Assembly (NCBI GenBank): GCA_025062295.1
Contig: JANXAJ010000004.1
Span: forward strand, 5,008 to 69,007
DNA from: Bacteroidia bacterium
GTDB taxonomy: Bacteria > Bacteroidota > Bacteroidia > SpSt-205
Reading direction: 5' to 3'
Length of the DNA: 64,000 bases
Every line of letters starts with the position of its first letter. Positions within the stretch are counted from its first letter, which is position 1. This document shows positions 38,434 to 48,529 of this stretch, one piece after another. The position numbers were made by a program, and so were the translations under genes. The notes under the pieces are model-generated. The model did no database searches. It was given only the letters and a program-made list of their open reading frames with translations, and was not told where the DNA came from.

Positions 38434-39492
38434 CTATAACCGAATGGCATGGCTTTCTCGCTCCACCCTTTCTCTAATAACGGGTAAGAGCTGAAGAGCT
38501 AATATAAGCTGATCTGCCACCTTCCCTACCAAATTCTGATACTCATCAGGCTGTCGGGTTTGAAACAAAGATTGAAATTCAGGAAGCTCTATCCGTAGAA
38601 GGGTCACTTCTCGTCCCCGATAAGCATCCACCCCTTTGAGAGTCCCTCTCGTGCGTCCAATTATGAACTCCTGCATGAGGCAAGATTGGGCCCGTCGGCG
38701 AAGGTGAGAATGAAGAAGCCGCGCTACTTTCTCTCGCATAGGTGGTAACCCCACGCGCAGAAAAAGACCGCCTTTCTCGAGCTCCCACAGAAGATTCACC
38801 TGGTATCCTTCTACTAAGACTTTATACGGAGGATATTGACGTAGAAAGACCACATCTAAATAGGAGGAATGCACGTGAGGCTGGGTATGCACATCTAGCT
38901 CCATGGAGAATGTCCCCAACAGCCGCCAGCGTTCGTGAACCGCCGCTCGGAGGTGCCATAAAAGAGCATATTGACGGAGCCGATCTTCATAGAGCTGAGT
39001 GGGATTCATCAGCCCCTCATACTCCTTCTGGAGACAGCGAAGATAGGTTTGTACCTCTTGCCTTACAGCTAATGGCAAAAGGGAAAGGTCTATTTCCGCC
39101 AAAGCAGATAGGAGCTTTTCGTATCCTATGCAGTGCATAGGAAGTTGAAGGCGACGCTGTACATAGTCTTCTGTCCATTCTATCCAAGCCTCTCGTAAGA
39201 GAAGAGCGTAATACCGCGCTTCTCTATTGCGGTGAATGAATGAGGCTTGCTCTCTAATCTGTTCGCAGCCTGTTCTCGGATTGCCCAGAGTAGTCACACG
39301 AAAGTAGATATATATCGGAAGCCCATCAATCGCTTGATACCGAAAGGCAAAAAGTCCATGAACTGGATCCTTCTCAATGGGAGACTCGCCCTTGGGAAGA
39401 CCTGTTAGCCTTTCTAAGAGATCCGTATGGGTAAAAAGGGTATAAAGAAGGTCGCGCTGAGCTTTTTCTGAGTATAAAGAGAGGACATGCAT
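38434..39492 (-). CDS. Hypothetical protein (orphan, cytoplasmic, R/L/W-rich)
   Basis: 352-aa ORF from ATG 39492 (MHVLSLYSEK). No motif recognised. A variant -7 box TACCTTCG lies 4 nt upstream. Confidence 0.45.
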   Translation of the reverse strand: MHVLSLYSEKAQRDLLYTLFTHTDLLERLTGLPKGESPIEKDPVHGLFAFRYQAIDGLPIYIYFRVTTLGNPRTGCEQIREQASFIHRNREARYYALLLREAWIEWTEDYVQRRLQLPMHCIGYEKLLSALAEIDLSLLPLAVRQEVQTYLRCLQKEYEGLMNPTQLYEDRLRQYALLWHLRAAVHERWRLLGTFSMELDVHTQPHVHSSYLDVVFLRQYPPYKVLVEGYQVNLLWELEKGGLFLRVGLPPMREKVARLLHSHLRRRAQSCLMQEFIIGRTRGTLKGVDAYRGREVTLLRIELPEFQSLFQTRQPDEYQNLVGKVADQLILALQLLPVIRERVERESHAIRL

Positions 39493-39520
39493 AAAACGAA
39501 GGTAAATAAAACTTATCTTC

Positions 39521-40558
39521 TCACTCGCCGACTGCAAAAGTGGTGATACTCCACCTTTGTGTGCTCTGTCGGAGCTGACGAGGTGAGAAAGAGGGTATTT
39601 CTTTGGGAAAGGCAGAAATTCCCCAGACACAGGCCCACCAAGTGCTCAAAAAAGTGTTCTCAGGAGCATAAATCCAAGTAAAGAAGAGAGAGGAAGTGTG
39701 AGAGGGGAGTACAAAAGGACGAGAAAGAAAATCTTGGGAAGCCTGTAATGCAGCCCATGGCAAACCTGTTTGAATCCAAAGCTCTAATCCGATGGGGAGA
39801 GGTACCCATACAGCTTGACAGGCAAGTTGGCGTTCCTCACAGAGATATCGGAGCAGGGCGCGAATATGCGCCCAAATTGCCATCATATCAAGGAGAGTAG
39901 GGGGGACCTTGAGCCGCCACCGCACATAAACCACACCACTCCCATGCCGAGGAGGACGATAGAAAGAAGAAGGACCTGCCGGTGGGACATACTCAAAGTT
40001 GCCCTCCCCTCCTTCAGCTAACTGACGAGCGGCTCTCAGTAGAAGAGAGGATGAAGGACCGCTAAGAACGATTCGCAGCCGCCCCTCTCGCCAGTACTGG
40101 TAAAAGGATCGATTGAGAGCTAAGACTGTCCTCTCCACCTCAAAGGTATCTTCATACACCCAACGGTAGAACCGACTAAGCTCCTCAGGATCGCGCCGAA
40201 GGGGAATCCCCCATGAAAGACGGCTGGGAAACCGCTCAATAGCCCCCCTCAGAGCTGTAAATAAAGCATAAAGACCTTCAGGTGTTGCTACCCCCCGAAT
40301 AAGAATCCAAGGACCAGCCCTCCGTATCTCATGCCGAATGCTATGAATGTACCTTATCTCCCTCACTAAGGAATCTTCTAATAGAGCATGAGCAATGCTA
40401 TAGGCTATTTCCTCTCCTCGCCCTCTCTCCAACGGATGATAAAGACACCATTCCACAGGACCTATATCGCGGGGAAATAGACAGACTTGCTGAGCTCGCA
40501 CCCCTAAGCAAACAAACATTCCCCCCTGCACAAACGCTAGCCTCAGCACAGAAAGCAT
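39521..40558 (-). CDS. Hypothetical secreted protein (orphan)
   Basis: Signal peptide from ATG 40558 (MLSVLRLAFVQGGMFVCLGVRAQQ). No motif recognised. It is the first gene of an orphan-orphan-TetR operon. Confidence 0.45.
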   Translation of the reverse strand: MLSVLRLAFVQGGMFVCLGVRAQQVCLFPRDIGPVEWCLYHPLERGRGEEIAYSIAHALLEDSLVREIRYIHSIRHEIRRAGPWILIRGVATPEGLYALFTALRGAIERFPSRLSWGIPLRRDPEELSRFYRWVYEDTFEVERTVLALNRSFYQYWREGRLRIVLSGPSSSLLLRAARQLAEGGEGNFEYVPPAGPSSFYRPPRHGSGVVYVRWRLKVPPTLLDMMAIWAHIRALLRYLCEERQLACQAVWVPLPIGLELWIQTGLPWAALQASQDFLSRPFVLPSHTSSLFFTWIYAPENTFLSTWWACVWGISAFPKEIPSFSPRQLRQSTQRWSITTFAVGE

Positions 40559-40768
40559 ACACGCAAAGCTCTTACAAAATTTGAAAGGGAAGCCCCAGAG
40601 CCGCCTATCTTCCAAGTTCTCTTGCTCTTCCTACATGTACATACTTCTCGCAGAGCAAAAAGCACATGTTATGAATCAAAAGGCTGAGCCTCTACAGCAC
40701 CCCAAGCACCAGCGCATCCCGAAGAGCCATTACTGAGTCTCCATGGAGCACAGGTTCTCGCAGCTCAG

Positions 40769-41398
40769 CTATCGCCCGCCCTTCTCAAGGACATTCCGAA
40801 TATGATCCAGAAGGAGACGAAGAGCAGGAAGAAGGTCCCCTTCCCAGTGATTCTGAATAATGATGTGAGCAAAATATCGTAAAGGCTCTACAAACTGCCG
40901 ATAAGCCGGAAGGACCTGTGTCAAATACTGATGAGTTACAGCTTCAGAAGCACATCCTCTTTCTTTTTGATCGCGGTGGAGGCGGCGAAGAAACCGATAG
41001 GGTTCATCTACTTCTATGAAAACCCGAAGGTCAAAAAGCTCTCGGATAGGAGCCCAATAGAAGAGAAAAAGCCCTTCCACTATAAGAATAGGAGCAGGCT
41101 CAAAAATAAGAAGGCGAGACGCACTATTCGGCGAATTAAAAGTGTACTCACGCTGCGTAGCTGGAAGCCCTGCACAAAGCCCTTTCAAGTCCCGATAAAA
41201 CTTTTCATGATCTATAGCTTCTGGGTGATCAAAATTAATTCTTCCATCAGCTCCTTTGGGAAGGTACTCTATATCTTTGTAATAGTGGTCCATAGAGATG
41301 AAAGTTACCTTACCAGAAGGGATTGCTTCTTGAAGACATCTCAGCAAATAGGTTTTCCCTGAGGCACTTCCACCGGTGATACCTATGAGGTAGGGCAT
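40769..41398 (-). CDS. udk: Uridine kinase
   Basis: P-loop IGITGGSASGKTYL and a PRK-family core (DHYY, FDHPEA, VEGLF). The first ATG is 41398. The ORF-track start at 41425 is a TTG. Confidence 0.85.
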   Translation of the reverse strand: MPYLIGITGGSASGKTYLLRCLQEAIPSGKVTFISMDHYYKDIEYLPKGADGRINFDHPEAIDHEKFYRDLKGLCAGLPATQREYTFNSPNSASRLLIFEPAPILIVEGLFLFYWAPIRELFDLRVFIEVDEPYRFLRRLHRDQKERGCASEAVTHQYLTQVLPAYRQFVEPLRYFAHIIIQNHWEGDLLPALRLLLDHIRNVLEKGGR

Positions 41399-41622
41399 GG
41401 ATTTTGGGCTGCTGCTGAGGGACAAGAGGATGAATTCCTCGGAAGGCTCAGAGCGGAGGTCATCATGTCCGAGTGTGCCTTAAAGCAACATCCACCCCTT
41501 CTGTAAGTCCCAGCTGAAGGGAGAGACCTCCGACCTATACACTGCTCTCGAGGATACCCCTTTTCGTTTGAGGGGAGCCTTTTCCCTACTTCAGCACATG
41601 AAGACCCTACAATAGACCCCAC

Positions 41623-42930
41623 TCAGTACCTGTACCACTCAGGCTTATAAGGACCTTCTATCGGCACGCCTATGTATGCGGCTTGTTCTGGGGTCAGCTC
41701 ATCCAATTCTGCTCCTAACTTCTCTAAGTGAAGACGAGCTACCATCTCATCCAGATGCCTGGGCAGAGTATAAACCTTATTCTCATACTCATTCCCTCGC
41801 GTCCAGAGCTCTATTTGAGCAAGAACTTGATTAGAAAACGAACAGGACATGACGAATGAAGGATGCCCCTCTGCACAGGCAAGATTCATAAGTCGCCCCT
41901 CCGCCAGAAGGATAATTTCTTTTCCTTCTACATTATAGACATCTACATAGGGCTTGATTGTATATTTAGTGTGCCCGTAATGCTTATTAAGCCACGCTAC
42001 ATCTATTTCTAAGTCAAAGTGCCCAATGTTTCCTACAATCGCTTTGTCTTTCATCGCAAGGAAATGCCGTCCAACCACGATATCTCGGTTTCCCGTAGCA
42101 GTAATGATAATGTCAGCTAAGGGCACAGCATTATCCATTTTCATGACCCGAAAGCCATCCATGACAGCCTGAAGGGCACAGATGGGGTCTATTTCGGTGA
42201 CGATGACTTGGGCCCCAGCTCCAGCAAAAGCCTGGGCAGTCCCCGCCCCCACATCACCGTACCCTGCCACTACTACAGTTTTCCCCGCTATCATAATGCC
42301 CGTCGCTCGGCGAACTGCATCCACTGCGGATTCACGGCAGCCATAAATGTTATCAAACTTTGACTTTGTAACTGAGTCATTGACATTAATGGCAGGGAAA
42401 GGGAGGCGTCCCTGCGCAGCGTATTCATAAAGCCGACGGACCCCTGTCGTCGTCTCCTCAGATACCCCCCGAACCTGCTTGGCTAACTCAGGGTACTTCT
42501 CAATCAAAAGCCAAGTGAGGTCCCCTCCATCATCCACGACCATATTCAGGGGACGATCCTTTCCACCAAAGAATAGGGTCTGTTCTATGCACCACCAGTA
42601 CTCCTCTTCCGTCTGTCCTTTCCATGCAAATACAGGAATGCCAGCAGCAGCAATGGCGGCAGCCGCATGATCTTGAGTTGAAAAAGGATTACAAGAAGAC
42701 CATCGCACCTCTGCCCCTAGTGCCACGAGGGTCTCTATGAGGACAGCCGTCTCTATGGTCATGTGAAGGCATCCAGCGATACGAGCACCGCGCAGAGGTT
42801 TGGTATCCCGATAGCGCTCCCGAAGAGCCATCAATCCAGGCATCTCGGCTTCTGCGAGCCGAATCTCCCGCCGACCCCACTCCGCTAAAGAGAGGTCAGC
42901 CACCTTGAAGTCTTGAGTCGTAGTTATCAT
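41623..42930 (-). CDS. ahcY: Adenosylhomocysteinase
   Basis: Starts [37 protein letters not shown]-binding motif GYGDVGAG. The C-terminal ...PYKPEWYRY is typical of SAH hydrolase. Confidence 0.95.
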   Translation of the reverse strand: MITTTQDFKVADLSLAEWGRREIRLAEAEMPGLMALRERYRDTKPLRGARIAGCLHMTIETAVLIETLVALGAEVRWSSCNPFSTQDHAAAAIAAAGIPVFAWKGQTEEEYWWCIEQTLFFGGKDRPLNMVVDDGGDLTWLLIEKYPELAKQVRGVSEETTTGVRRLYEYAAQGRLPFPAINVNDSVTKSKFDNIYGCRESAVDAVRRATGIMIAGKTVVVAGYGDVGAGTAQAFAGAGAQVIVTEIDPICALQAVMDGFRVMKMDNAVPLADIIITATGNRDIVVGRHFLAMKDKAIVGNIGHFDLEIDVAWLNKHYGHTKYTIKPYVDVYNVEGKEIILLAEGRLMNLACAEGHPSFVMSCSFSNQVLAQIELWTRGNEYENKVYTLPRHLDEMVARLHLEKLGAELDELTPEQAAYIGVPIEGPYKPEWYRY

Positions 42931-42938
42931 AGGCAATA

Positions 42939-42946
42939 CAAAGGTA
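42939..42946 (-). promoter_or_regulatory. -7 promoter box TACCTTTG (ahcY)
   Basis: Perfect TAnnTTTG, 8 nt before ATG 42930. Confidence 0.55.
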
Positions 42947-43009
42947 CAATCATCCAACAAAACATGGCAGATTTTCGCTTCATTTATGGAAGTTGGCGAC
43001 ATTTGGCTG

Positions 43010-44038
43010 ATGGATTGGGAGCAGGTGCCACATGCCGATATGATTAGGTCTTACTGGCGAATCTGCTTGCCTGACAGAATCCCTCAAGCGCTTCTATGGG
43101 TAGGCCCAGAGGGCGTAGGAAAAAGCTTAGCTGCATGGATGCTCACTAAAACCCTGCTTTGCTTGAAGGGCCCTCATATAGACCCATGCGGAGAATGCCA
43201 AGATTGTCGTCTCATAGAGAAGCTAGAGCATCCTCACCTTTGGATATTGCCCCCTCTCAGAGAGAAAGTTATGTTAGAGGAAGCGGTTCCTCTTTTTCGA
43301 CAGCAGCTTCAAGCTAATCCTTATCTTTCGTTGGCAGAATGGGAGCTTCTCTTGCCAGAGACGAAAGGGAGTCTTATCATCGGGGTGGAGGCGGTTCGGC
43401 GTCTTCAAGAAGGATTAAGTTTAGCGGTAGGAAAAAAGCAGTGGCGAGTAGTATGGTTTTGGCATGCCGAGACCTTGACCCGTCAAGCAGCGAATGCCCT
43501 TCTTAAGCTGATAGAGGAGCCTCCTCAGCACACCCTCTTTCTATTTCTGGCAAGCCGAACCGAGCCTCTGCCTCTCACTCTCCGCTCTCGCTGCCAAATC
43601 TGGCGATTTCCTCCTCTCTCTCGGGAAGAGTTAGAAGCTCTGGAAGGGCAGCCGCTCTCCTCTGCTCTGTTAGCTCTTGCCCAAGGAAGTTATGGACGAC
43701 TGCGACGGCTTCGCACTTCTACTTTTGAGCCTTACATCCGAGCCCTTCAAATGTGGCTACGCAGCCTCCTCCAAGAAGAGGGGGATCCCGCCCCCGCCAT
43801 AGAAAAGCTCCTTCAAGCCCCGCAGTTGAGTGAAATCCTCACTTTAGGGGCAATCTTGATTCGGGAACATCCGAAGCTCTCTCCTACCCAGAAGCTCATT
43901 GGTATGGATACTCTCCTTCGTATGGCAGATGAAATAGAGGCTCATCTTCAGCCCGCTCTTCTATTGTGGGAAGCTACACTTCTTCTACGGGCGAAGTGGG
44001 CTGATCCCAAGCTGGAAGGGGGATGGATTGCCGCCTGA
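43010..44038 (+). CDS. holB: DNA polymerase III subunit delta'
   Basis: AAA+ P-loop-like GPEGVGKS, a zinc module CGECQDC, and the sensor region [23 protein letters not shown]. The start could be either 42986 or 43010. A GACATTTG box 4 nt before 43010 favours the latter. Confidence 0.75.
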   Translation: MDWEQVPHADMIRSYWRICLPDRIPQALLWVGPEGVGKSLAAWMLTKTLLCLKGPHIDPCGECQDCRLIEKLEHPHLWILPPLREKVMLEEAVPLFRQQLQANPYLSLAEWELLLPETKGSLIIGVEAVRRLQEGLSLAVGKKQWRVVWFWHAETLTRQAANALLKLIEEPPQHTLFLFLASRTEPLPLTLRSRCQIWRFPPLSREELEALEGQPLSSALLALAQGSYGRLRRLRTSTFEPYIRALQMWLRSLLQEEGDPAPAIEKLLQAPQLSEILTLGAILIREHPKLSPTQKLIGMDTLLRMADEIEAHLQPALLLWEATLLLRAKWADPKLEGGWIAA

Positions 44039-44810
44039 GAGCCTCATATAATTTCTTCCGGCGAAGCCGCAGCCATAGCACCCCCCACATCGCCTCCTGA
44101 ATCACATGGCGGCTCATCTTAGACTGACCTGTAGCCCGTTCAACAAATACAATAGGCACTTCTCGCCAACGGGCCCCAGCTAAGTAGGCCTTATACTTCA
44201 TCTCTATTTGAAAGGCATATCCTTGGAAGCGGATCGAACCACTGGCTAAAATCCGCTCTAAAAGAGGTCGCCTGTATCCTACAAAGCCTGCCGTAGGATC
44301 CTTGATGGGCATTCCTGTAACCAGACGAACGTACCAACTTGCCCCGTAACTCAGCAGAATACGACTCAAAGGCCAATTCACCACATTAATGCCCCCAATA
44401 TAGCGAGAGCCAATCGCCATATCTACCTCTTCCAAAGCGGCTGCCAGTTGAGGAAGGTATTCTGGAGGGTGACTGAAATCGGCATCCATTTCATAGATAT
44501 ATTGGGCGCTGGTGTATCGCAATACCCACCAAAATCCTGCTTCATAGGCGCGTCCGAGACCAGCTTTGCGCGGACGACGAAGAAGAGCGATCGGAAGCTC
44601 TGGCTCCATCGTCTGGTAGGCTTGGACAATATCTGCAGTGCCATCAGGAGAATTATCATCCACTACTAATATGCCCAGAGGAAGCGGTAAATGAAGAAGA
44701 GCATCCAGCATATTTCGGATATTTCCCGCTTCATTATAGGTAGGAAGAATGACCCAATGCTCACGCAGCGCAAGCGGGGAGGAGGGGAATGAGTTCGTCG
44801 CAGTAGGCAT
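43974..44810 (-). CDS. GT2 polyprenol/dolichol-phosphate mannosyltransferase-like glycosyltransferase
   Basis: VILPTYNEAGNI..VVDDNSPDGTADIV..EMDADFSHPP are DPM1-like GT2 motifs. The first ATG is 44810. The 3' end overlaps the convergent holB. Confidence 0.8.
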   Translation of the reverse strand: MPTATNSFPSSPLALREHWVILPTYNEAGNIRNMLDALLHLPLPLGILVVDDNSPDGTADIVQAYQTMEPELPIALLRRPRKAGLGRAYEAGFWWVLRYTSAQYIYEMDADFSHPPEYLPQLAAALEEVDMAIGSRYIGGINVVNWPLSRILLSYGASWYVRLVTGMPIKDPTAGFVGYRRPLLERILASGSIRFQGYAFQIEMKYKAYLAGARWREVPIVFVERATGQSKMSRHVIQEAMWGVLWLRLRRKKLYEALRRQSIPLPAWDQPTSPVEEV

Positions 44811-46404
44811 GAGCTTGAGGACGATGAGCAACTATAATAACAATAGCATTAGAAGCTAAGTACCGAAGTCGTTGGTAAATTAGCCTTTCAGTCTCTGGAT
44901 CAATGTGGGCGGTCGGTTCATCCATGATCCAAACAGCGGGGGTACGGAGTGCAGCTCGCCACAGCGCCACAAGCTGTCTCTCACCTGCAGATAAGGGAGT
45001 ACCGCCTGAACCAATGGATTGATAAAGATCCCATGAACGTACATACTCTATAAAGCCCATTTTTTCTGCAGCTTGCCATAGCACTTCATCTGGCATTTCC
45101 TCGTACAGGGTCAGATTTTCTTTCAAAGTCCCTTCAAAAAGCACAGGCTCCTGCGGAATATAGGCAATCACTTCTCGGAGCCGCTGCTTCTTCCAGCACT
45201 GAATAGGAATACCGCCAAGCCGGATCTCACCTGCCTGCGGCTGATAGTATCCCAAGAGAAGGTAGAAGAGAGTGCTCTTGCCTCCTCCCGTCGGCGCATA
45301 AATGCCATATACCCTGCCCGGCTTAAGATGAAGAGATAGACCCTCCAAAATCGGACGCCCTGCCTCATAACCAAAAGAGAGCCCCCTAATTTCCAGATCG
45401 TAAGGGGGAAGGGCAGAGGGTACTTCTCCCTCTTGAACCTCTTCTCCTTCATGATCTAAAAGGCGAAAGATTCGGTCTGCACTGACGAGCCCCATTTGAA
45501 GGCTATTCACTTGATCTGCAATTATCCTAAATGGTCTGAAGAAAAGCTGCTGATATAATGTAAATGCCACAAGCGAACCTACTGTCGTCTCTCCCTCGTA
45601 TATCCAGTAAGCACCAGCTATAAGAACCCCACTGAGCCCTAATAAGGTCGCTATTTCCATTGCCGGAAAGAACAGAGCGAAATACCCCACCACCCGCCGA
45701 TAACTCAGATAGTAAAGGAGGTTTAGTCGCTGAAACCGCTGCCATAGGGTCAGCTCCGCTCCTAAGCTCTCCGTCAGCTCGCGACTCTGGAAAAGCTCTT
45801 GAAGATAGCCATTCATTCGAGCAATATAAAGACGAACCCGACTAAAGCTTTCACGAATATGGCGGGAAAAATAGTGGGAAATCCAAATGCCTATTGGCAT
45901 AATGAGCAGGGTAACTACCGTGAGACGCACATCTACAAAGAACATCAGCCCCACTAGAAAAGCTAGCTGTAAAAGTTCTCCCGCGATTACTAAGAAGGTC
46001 TCAGCCAGTGTGCTTTGAAGGGTCTGGGTGTCGGTCAAAGTCCGAGTGTAGAGAATGCCTGTGGGAAACCTTTCTACCGTTGGAATTGACAAGCGGAGGA
46101 CCTTATCAAATACTTGCTTTCTCAAGTTGCGAGTGATACTCCAGGCCAGACGCTGGGTAGTTAGAGTTTGTCCCCGCTGAATCAGAGCATGAAAAGCGGT
46201 AAGGCCAGCAAGCCCAACCCCCCACCACAAGAGCGCTGACACATCCCCCTGCCGAAGAGGGTGATCTATTACATATCTATAAAGAAAAGGGCGAAAGGGC
46301 TGTAAAAAAGAAGCAAGAGTTACAAAAGCAAAAGCCAACCAGAAAAGCCTCTGCTGCTGAAGAAGAAGCAGAGAGAGGCGAAATAGTGTAGGGAGAGGCT
46401 TCAC
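44761..46404 (-). CDS. ABC exporter, fused permease/ATPase (canonical NBD)
   Basis: A six-helix TMD followed by an NBD with Walker A PTGGGKST, Q-loop IPQEP, signature LSAGERQ, Walker B IMDEPTAHID and H-loop VAHR. Confidence 0.85.
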   Translation of the reverse strand: MKPLPTLFRLSLLLLQQQRLFWLAFAFVTLASFLQPFRPFLYRYVIDHPLRQGDVSALLWWGVGLAGLTAFHALIQRGQTLTTQRLAWSITRNLRKQVFDKVLRLSIPTVERFPTGILYTRTLTDTQTLQSTLAETFLVIAGELLQLAFLVGLMFFVDVRLTVVTLLIMPIGIWISHYFSRHIRESFSRVRLYIARMNGYLQELFQSRELTESLGAELTLWQRFQRLNLLYYLSYRRVVGYFALFFPAMEIATLLGLSGVLIAGAYWIYEGETTVGSLVAFTLYQQLFFRPFRIIADQVNSLQMGLVSADRIFRLLDHEGEEVQEGEVPSALPPYDLEIRGLSFGYEAGRPILEGLSLHLKPGRVYGIYAPTGGGKSTLFYLLLGYYQPQAGEIRLGGIPIQCWKKQRLREVIAYIPQEPVLFEGTLKENLTLYEEMPDEVLWQAAEKMGFIEYVRSWDLYQSIGSGGTPLSAGERQLVALWRAALRTPAVWIMDEPTAHIDPETERLIYQRLRYLASNAIVIIVAHRPQAHAYCDELIPLLPACAA

Positions 46405-47906
46405 GCAGAGACAGAGAGTCCTTCGTAAAGCTGAGCTACTTTCCGCTGAATATATCGGATGAATGGCTGAACAGAGAGAGAGGCTCCTGTTGCCCGCTCA
46501 CAGAGAGTCTGCGTCCTGTACAGAGCTCCCCACCGATGGACTCGCTCCCGCATCCACTGAAGGGGAAGAGAAGCGTCTCCTTCTATCAGACGCTCTTCCC
46601 AGTCAGGCTGCTCGCGTGTCAGCGCTTCCGCCAGCTGGGCAGCCAAAAAGCTCCCCATAGAGTAGGTAGGGAAATAGCCAAAGTTCCCCGTGGACCAGTG
46701 AATATCTTGCAGGACACCCTGTGCATCAGAGGGGACTTTTAGCCCCAAGTAAGCATGAACTTTTTCATTCCAAGCAGCGGGAAGGTCCTCTACCTTGAGT
46801 TCTCCGTTGATGAGAGCTCTTTCTAACTCAAAGCGTATCAGAATATGTAGATGATAGCTGACCTCATCGGCTTGAATGCGAATAAGGCCTGGTTGAATGC
46901 GATTCACACGACGAGCCAGAGTCAGAGGGCTATAAGCAGAAAGCCAAGAAGGTCCGTATTTCGGCAGGACTTTTTCATACATGTAAGTCCAGAAAGAGAG
47001 ACTGGTACCGATATGATTTTCCCAAAAGCGGGATTGGGACTCATGAACACTCATGGAAGCGGGAGTGGCTCGGGGCCAGCCTAGAGGTGCCGGAGGAAGC
47101 CCTTGCTCATAAAGCGCATGCCCTACTTCGTGAAGCGCCGAACCCAGAGCCATCGTCAGGTCTTCTTCATCAATCCGAATCGTGATTCGGACATCTCCCG
47201 GCGCGATTCCTGTACAAAAAGGATGAGCCGATTCATCTATTCGTCCAGCAGAGAAGTCGTATCCAAGTTGTGTAAGAACTTCTTGGATGAGGGTCCTCTG
47301 ATACGAAGCAGGCATAGAGAGAGGGAGCTCATCGCCCGTCTCCTTCAGCCTTTCATCACAGAGCCGAATCGTTTCAGAAAGAAAGGGATAAAGCTCCCTG
47401 AAAAGAGCTTCTACCTCTGAGGGAAGGAGACTACGCTCATAGAGGCGGAGGAGAGCCTCATAGGGTTCTTGAGTATAGCCGAGAGCTTCGGCTTTCTCCC
47501 GCGAGAGCTGAACAAGCTTTTCCAGATGGGGCTGAAAGAGCGAAAAGTCAGAACGAGCCCGAGCTTCCGCCCATACCACTTGAGCTGTACTAGCAGCCTC
47601 GGAAAGAGCACCTACCAGCTCTCTCGGCAGCTTCTCTATCATCTCTGCATCTTCTATGAGAAGGCGAATCTCAGCCCGCGATTCCTCATCAAGCTCAGAC
47701 GAATGTTCTGATTCTCGCAATAGGGGTATAAGCTGCTCCACGAGCCGCTGATGAAGGAGTGCCGCCAAGGTGCCCATGAGAGCTGAGCGATGAGCTGCCC
47801 CCTTCTTGGGCATGCATACCTCCTGATCCCAAGCTAAAAGCTCCATGGCACTACTCAAAAGCGCATGCGTCTTTAAGCTTTCATTTAGGCGACTTTTGAT
47901 CTCCAC
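46401..47906 (-). CDS. M32 carboxypeptidase (Taq-type)
   Basis: HEVGHALYEQG (HEXXH), HESQSRFWEN and IRIQADEVSY are hallmark M32 motifs. GTG start. Confidence 0.9.
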   Translation of the reverse strand: MEIKSRLNESLKTHALLSSAMELLAWDQEVCMPKKGAAHRSALMGTLAALLHQRLVEQLIPLLRESEHSSELDEESRAEIRLLIEDAEMIEKLPRELVGALSEAASTAQVVWAEARARSDFSLFQPHLEKLVQLSREKAEALGYTQEPYEALLRLYERSLLPSEVEALFRELYPFLSETIRLCDERLKETGDELPLSMPASYQRTLIQEVLTQLGYDFSAGRIDESAHPFCTGIAPGDVRITIRIDEEDLTMALGSALHEVGHALYEQGLPPAPLGWPRATPASMSVHESQSRFWENHIGTSLSFWTYMYEKVLPKYGPSWLSAYSPLTLARRVNRIQPGLIRIQADEVSYHLHILIRFELERALINGELKVEDLPAAWNEKVHAYLGLKVPSDAQGVLQDIHWSTGNFGYFPTYSMGSFLAAQLAEALTREQPDWEERLIEGDASLPLQWMRERVHRWGALYRTQTLCERATGASLSVQPFIRYIQRKVAQLYEGLSVSA

Positions 47907-47910
47907 AAAG

Positions 47911-47918
47911 CAAAGGTA
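47911..47918 (-). promoter_or_regulatory. -7 promoter box TACCTTTG (M32 carboxypeptidase)
   Basis: Perfect TAnnTTTG, 4 nt before GTG 47906. Confidence 0.55.
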
Positions 47919-47926
47919 ACATAAAC

Positions 47927-48529
47927 TTAGCGAGTCTCACCCCACATAACATGAATCTCTACAAGAGCTCGTCTAAGCTTGGCTCCTTCATATACTCCCT
48001 GAAGATTAGCTTGCCGAAGAAGCAGATTCGTAAGACCAATCTCATAGGAAGCACTGATCCCCGTGGTACCAAAGCGAACAGGAAGCTCCAGAGTCAATCC
48101 CAAAGGTAAAAAGACAAACCATCGGCTTACAAGCCGACGGCTATCCGTGCTCAGCCCTTGATGCTGATACCGATATCCCCCTACTATGCCTGTCTTTGGA
48201 TAAAAAATCTGCCAGCGCGGACCAAACCGAAAGGCAGCTTCAACAGCTTTGTAAGCGGTTACTTGACCGAGTTGAAAGTCCTGATTGACCAAAGGAAGGC
48301 GAGGCTCCACAGGACTCCCCTTATAAACCCATAGAAGAGAGGTTTCCCAGCCAGCCCCCCACCAGTAGCTCTTGAAATGAACTCCGATTGCTGCATCCGA
48401 AAACCACCCTAACGGTACCGGCTCCCCCTTGTCGATTGCATGATTGAAGCGTCCTTGAAAAAGGAGCCCTACCCCTCGTTGAGCCCAAAGCAGGCTATAG
48501 AGGCACATCCATATCCCGAAGAAGCGCAT
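47927..48529 (-). CDS. Hypothetical outer-membrane beta-barrel protein
   Basis: Signal peptide MRFFGIWMCLYSLLWAQ. ~200 aa with alternating beta-strand pattern, rich in aromatic residues and Gly. Confidence 0.45.
   Translation of the reverse strand: MRFFGIWMCLYSLLWAQRGVGLLFQGRFNHAIDKGEPVPLGWFSDAAIGVHFKSYWWGAGWETSLLWVYKGSPVEPRLPLVNQDFQLGQVTAYKAVEAAFRFGPRWQIFYPKTGIVGGYRYQHQGLSTDSRRLVSRWFVFLPLGLTLELPVRFGTTGISASYEIGLTNLLLRQANLQGVYEGAKLRRALVEIHVMWGETR

Noticed and set aside
42931-43009. SAH riboswitch upstream of ahcY
   Set aside because: Only ~55-80 nt separate ahcY from the divergent holB, and a -7 box sits 8 nt from the ahcY ATG. There is no room for a structured leader.
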